DNA from: Tepidisphaeraceae bacterium
Lineage (GTDB): Bacteria > Planctomycetota > Phycisphaerae > Tepidisphaerales > Tepidisphaeraceae
Assembly: GCA_035627895.1 (NCBI GenBank)
Contig: DASPKW010000178.1
Span: 5,033 to 69,032, forward strand
DNA: 64,000 nucleotides
Reading direction: 5' to 3'
The position numbers and the translations under genes are program-made. Below the pieces are notes generated by a model. That model saw nothing but the letters and a program-made list of their open reading frames with translations. It was not told where the DNA came from and made no database searches. This document shows, one piece after another, positions 62,254 to 64,000 of the stretch; positions within the stretch are counted from its first letter, which is position 1; each line of letters opens with the position of its first letter.

Positions 62254-62763
62254 TCACTTCGCCGGGGGCGCGCCAGCGCCGGCGCCGGGGCGACGGCCGC
62301 CACCACCCGCACCGCCGGCCGGGGCGTCGGCGAGCGTGAGCTTGACCTCGACCGACTTGCCGGTCTCGACGGTCACCTTCTCGCGGGCCATGCCCTTGCC
62401 GCGGGCGCCGGCGAAGACCATGTACTCGCCCGCCGGGACGCCCTTGATCTCGAACTTGCCGGCGTCGTCCGTCTTACCCGACGCGACGGGCGCAGGGCGC
62501 TCCCCGCCGCGGCCACCACCGGCGCCAGGCGCGGGCTTCTCGGCGGGCTTCTCGGCGTCGGCCTTCGGGGCCGCCGGGCGCTCGCCGGCCGGGCGCGGCT
62601 TCATCACGCGCACGTCCAGCCCGCCGGCCGGCTTGCCTTCCTTATCGACGACGGTGCCGGTGATCGTCCCGCCGTCCGCGGCGACCGCGGGCGCCGACGA
62701 GAAGCCGATCATCAGGCCGAAGGCGGCGACCGCGGGGGCCATCCACTTGATCATTCGAGTCAT
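62254..62763 (-). CDS. secreted carboxypeptidase-regulatory-like domain protein
   Basis: ATG 62763. Signal peptide. GTITGTVVDKEGKPAGGLDVRV ... GKFEIKGVPAGEYMV is the CarboxypepD_reg pattern. Confidence 0.65.
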   Translation of the reverse strand: MTRMIKWMAPAVAAFGLMIGFSSAPAVAADGGTITGTVVDKEGKPAGGLDVRVMKPRPAGERPAAPKADAEKPAEKPAPGAGGGRGGERPAPVASGKTDDAGKFEIKGVPAGEYMVFAGARGKGMAREKVTVETGKSVEVKLTLADAPAGGAGGGGRRPGAGAGAPPAK

Positions 62764-63163
62764 GCGAAACTCCGGTTGGGATTGCGGACCAGTCCGGCCC
62801 GAGGCGCGCCGTCCGCCGACATTGGCGGGAAGGGTTGTGGGCAGCGCTCGTGCGACGTGCGTCCGGTCTGTGATACGCTCGACGTGCGGGTTTATTTCGA
62901 CAGATCGATATTCGCGCCGCCGACTCCCGCTCGAACCGCACCACGCGCCCGCGAGTAGGTCGGTGCCCCTGGCGCGCGCCAAGACTCTCCGGAGGGTTCG
63001 GGGTAGGCCCGCCCTGCGGTCGCCGCACGCCGATCACAGGACCCGGCATGGAAGAGCCCGTCAGATCCGCGACCGGGAAATCGTATGGCCGGTCGCCGCG
63101 GAGGTGACGTTCGGCCCCCGCCGACGACCTTGACAGCCGGCCCACCGTCCCTAAAATCCTCAC

Positions 63164-63245
63164 TCCAATTCGAGCGGCTGTGGCGGAATTGGCAGACGCG
63201 CAAGATTCAGGTTCTTGTACCGCAAGGTGTGCTGGTTCGACTCCA
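63164..63245 (+). tRNA. tRNA-Leu (anticodon CAG), long variable arm
   Basis: GCGGCTG acceptor pairs with CAGCCGC. Anticodon stem CAAGA/TCTTG with loop TTCAGGT. T-loop GGTTCGACTCC. CCA is not encoded. Confidence 0.85.
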
Positions 63246-63253
63246 GTCAGCCG

Positions 63254-63287
63254 CATCAAGAAGACCCCCGGGATGACCTCCCGGGGG
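63254..63287 (+). terminator. intrinsic terminator after tRNA-Leu
   Basis: ACCCCCGGGA-tgacc-TCCCGGGGGT followed by TTTTCGTTT. Confidence 0.8.
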
Positions 63288-63372
63288 TTTTTCGTTTGCC
63301 AAACGAACGGGAAAACGAGGACGGAAGGTGGAGGATAGAGGAGGGAGACGGCGCTCCGGCGCCATCCGCCAT

Positions 63373-63414
63373 CCTCCAGCCTCCAGCCTCCAGCCTCCAG
63401 CCTCCAGCCTCCAT
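63373..63414. repeat. heptanucleotide microsatellite (CCTCCAG)5 plus one variant unit
   Basis: Five perfect CCTCCAG units at 63373-63407, then CCTCCAT. It ends 36 nt upstream of ATG 63450. Confidence 0.9.
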
Positions 63415-63449
63415 CTGCGCTTCACTCCATCCTCGCTTCACTTCATCCC

Positions 63450-64000
63450 ATGCCGCTTCACCTCCGCGGACTCATCGCCGCCCCTTTCACACCGCTCACC
63501 GCCGACGGTGAGCTCAATCTCCCCGCCGTCGCGGCCCAACACGCGTCCCTCCGCGCCCACGACGTCTCGGGGGCGTTCGTCTGCGGCACGGCCGGCGAGT
63601 TCTCGTCGCTCACGCCCGACGAGCGCACCGCCCTGGCCGCGCGGTGGCGCGACGTGGCCTCGGCCGACTTCCCGCTGATCGTCAACGTCACGGATAACGC
63701 GCAGGCGACCGCGATCCGCCTGGCCGCGCAGGCCAAGCAGATCGGCGCGACCGCCATCGCCTGCATGGCCCCGTGCTATCTGAAGCCGCAGTCGGCCGCC
63801 GACGTCGCCGCGTTCGTCGGGCCCGTCGCCGCCGCCGCCGCCCCGCTGCCGTTCTTCTACTATCACTTCCCGGCGATGACGGGCGTACCGATCCCCCTCT
63901 ACGACGCGCTCGACGCGATCGACGCCCCGACCCTCGCGGGCGCGAAGTTCAGCGGGACGGACCTGTCCGACCTCGCCCGCTGTTTCGACGCGTTCGCCGA
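63450..64000 (+). CDS. DapA/N-acetylneuraminate-lyase family (class I aldolase) protein, partial (continues past window end)
   Basis: My own translation gives MPLHLRGLIAAPFTPLTADGELNLPAVAAQHASLRAHDVSGAFVCGTAGEFSSLTPDER...FFYYHFPAMTG...LAGAKFSG. These match the GTTGE, YxxP and Schiff-base Lys motifs of the DHDPS/NAL family. Absent from the ORF track because there is no stop in the window. Confidence 0.75.
   Translation, partial: MPLHLRGLIAAPFTPLTADGELNLPAVAAQHASLRAHDVSGAFVCGTAGEFSSLTPDERTALAARWRDVASADFPLIVNVTDNAQATAIRLAAQAKQIGATAIACMAPCYLKPQSAADVAAFVGPVAAAAAPLPFFYYHFPAMTGVPIPLYDALDAIDAPTLAGAKFSGTDLSDLARCFDAFA

Overview
This is a high-GC chromosomal window with planctomycete-type gene content: PSCyt/DUF1549/DUF1553 and DUF1501 gene pairs, a DUF1559-like pseudopilin, and PEP-CTERM and dockerin proteins. 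It has three parts.

(1) 3.4-13.3 kb is an accessory locus and the most interesting region. A co-directional array encodes a WGR-PARP (intact H-Y-E triad), a macrodomain protein, a large HEAT/ARM-repeat protein and a winged-helix/SWIM zinc-finger protein. A roughly 780-bp repeat-rich, highly structured non-coding region follows, then a retron-type reverse transcriptase (NAxxH, YADD and VTG motifs). An ADP-ribosylglycohydrolase gene converges on the RT and overlaps its 3' end. I read this as a retron of the ARM + WH-SWIM kind combined with a full ADP-ribosylation writer/eraser set. A candidate msr/msd RNA lies at 10351-10606.

(2) 13.7-30.0 kb is a roughly 16.3-kb integrative phage-like element inserted in tRNA-Lys(UUU). 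It is bounded by 49-bp direct repeats. It carries a tyrosine integrase, an XRE repressor, four Xis-like HTH genes, an S49 head-maturation protease module and a roughly 0.9-kb non-coding iteron field. No terminase, portal or tail genes are recognisable.

(3) 30-64 kb is mostly housekeeping. It includes recO, aroB, dapF, lon, hsp20, an RND efflux set with a TetR regulator, two tandem bpt-like aminoacyl-transferases, tRNA-Leu(CAG) and a partial DapA-family gene.

Several MITE/REP-like palindromic repeat families are scattered through the window. Many long ORFs in the track are GC-driven shadow ORFs and were rejected.
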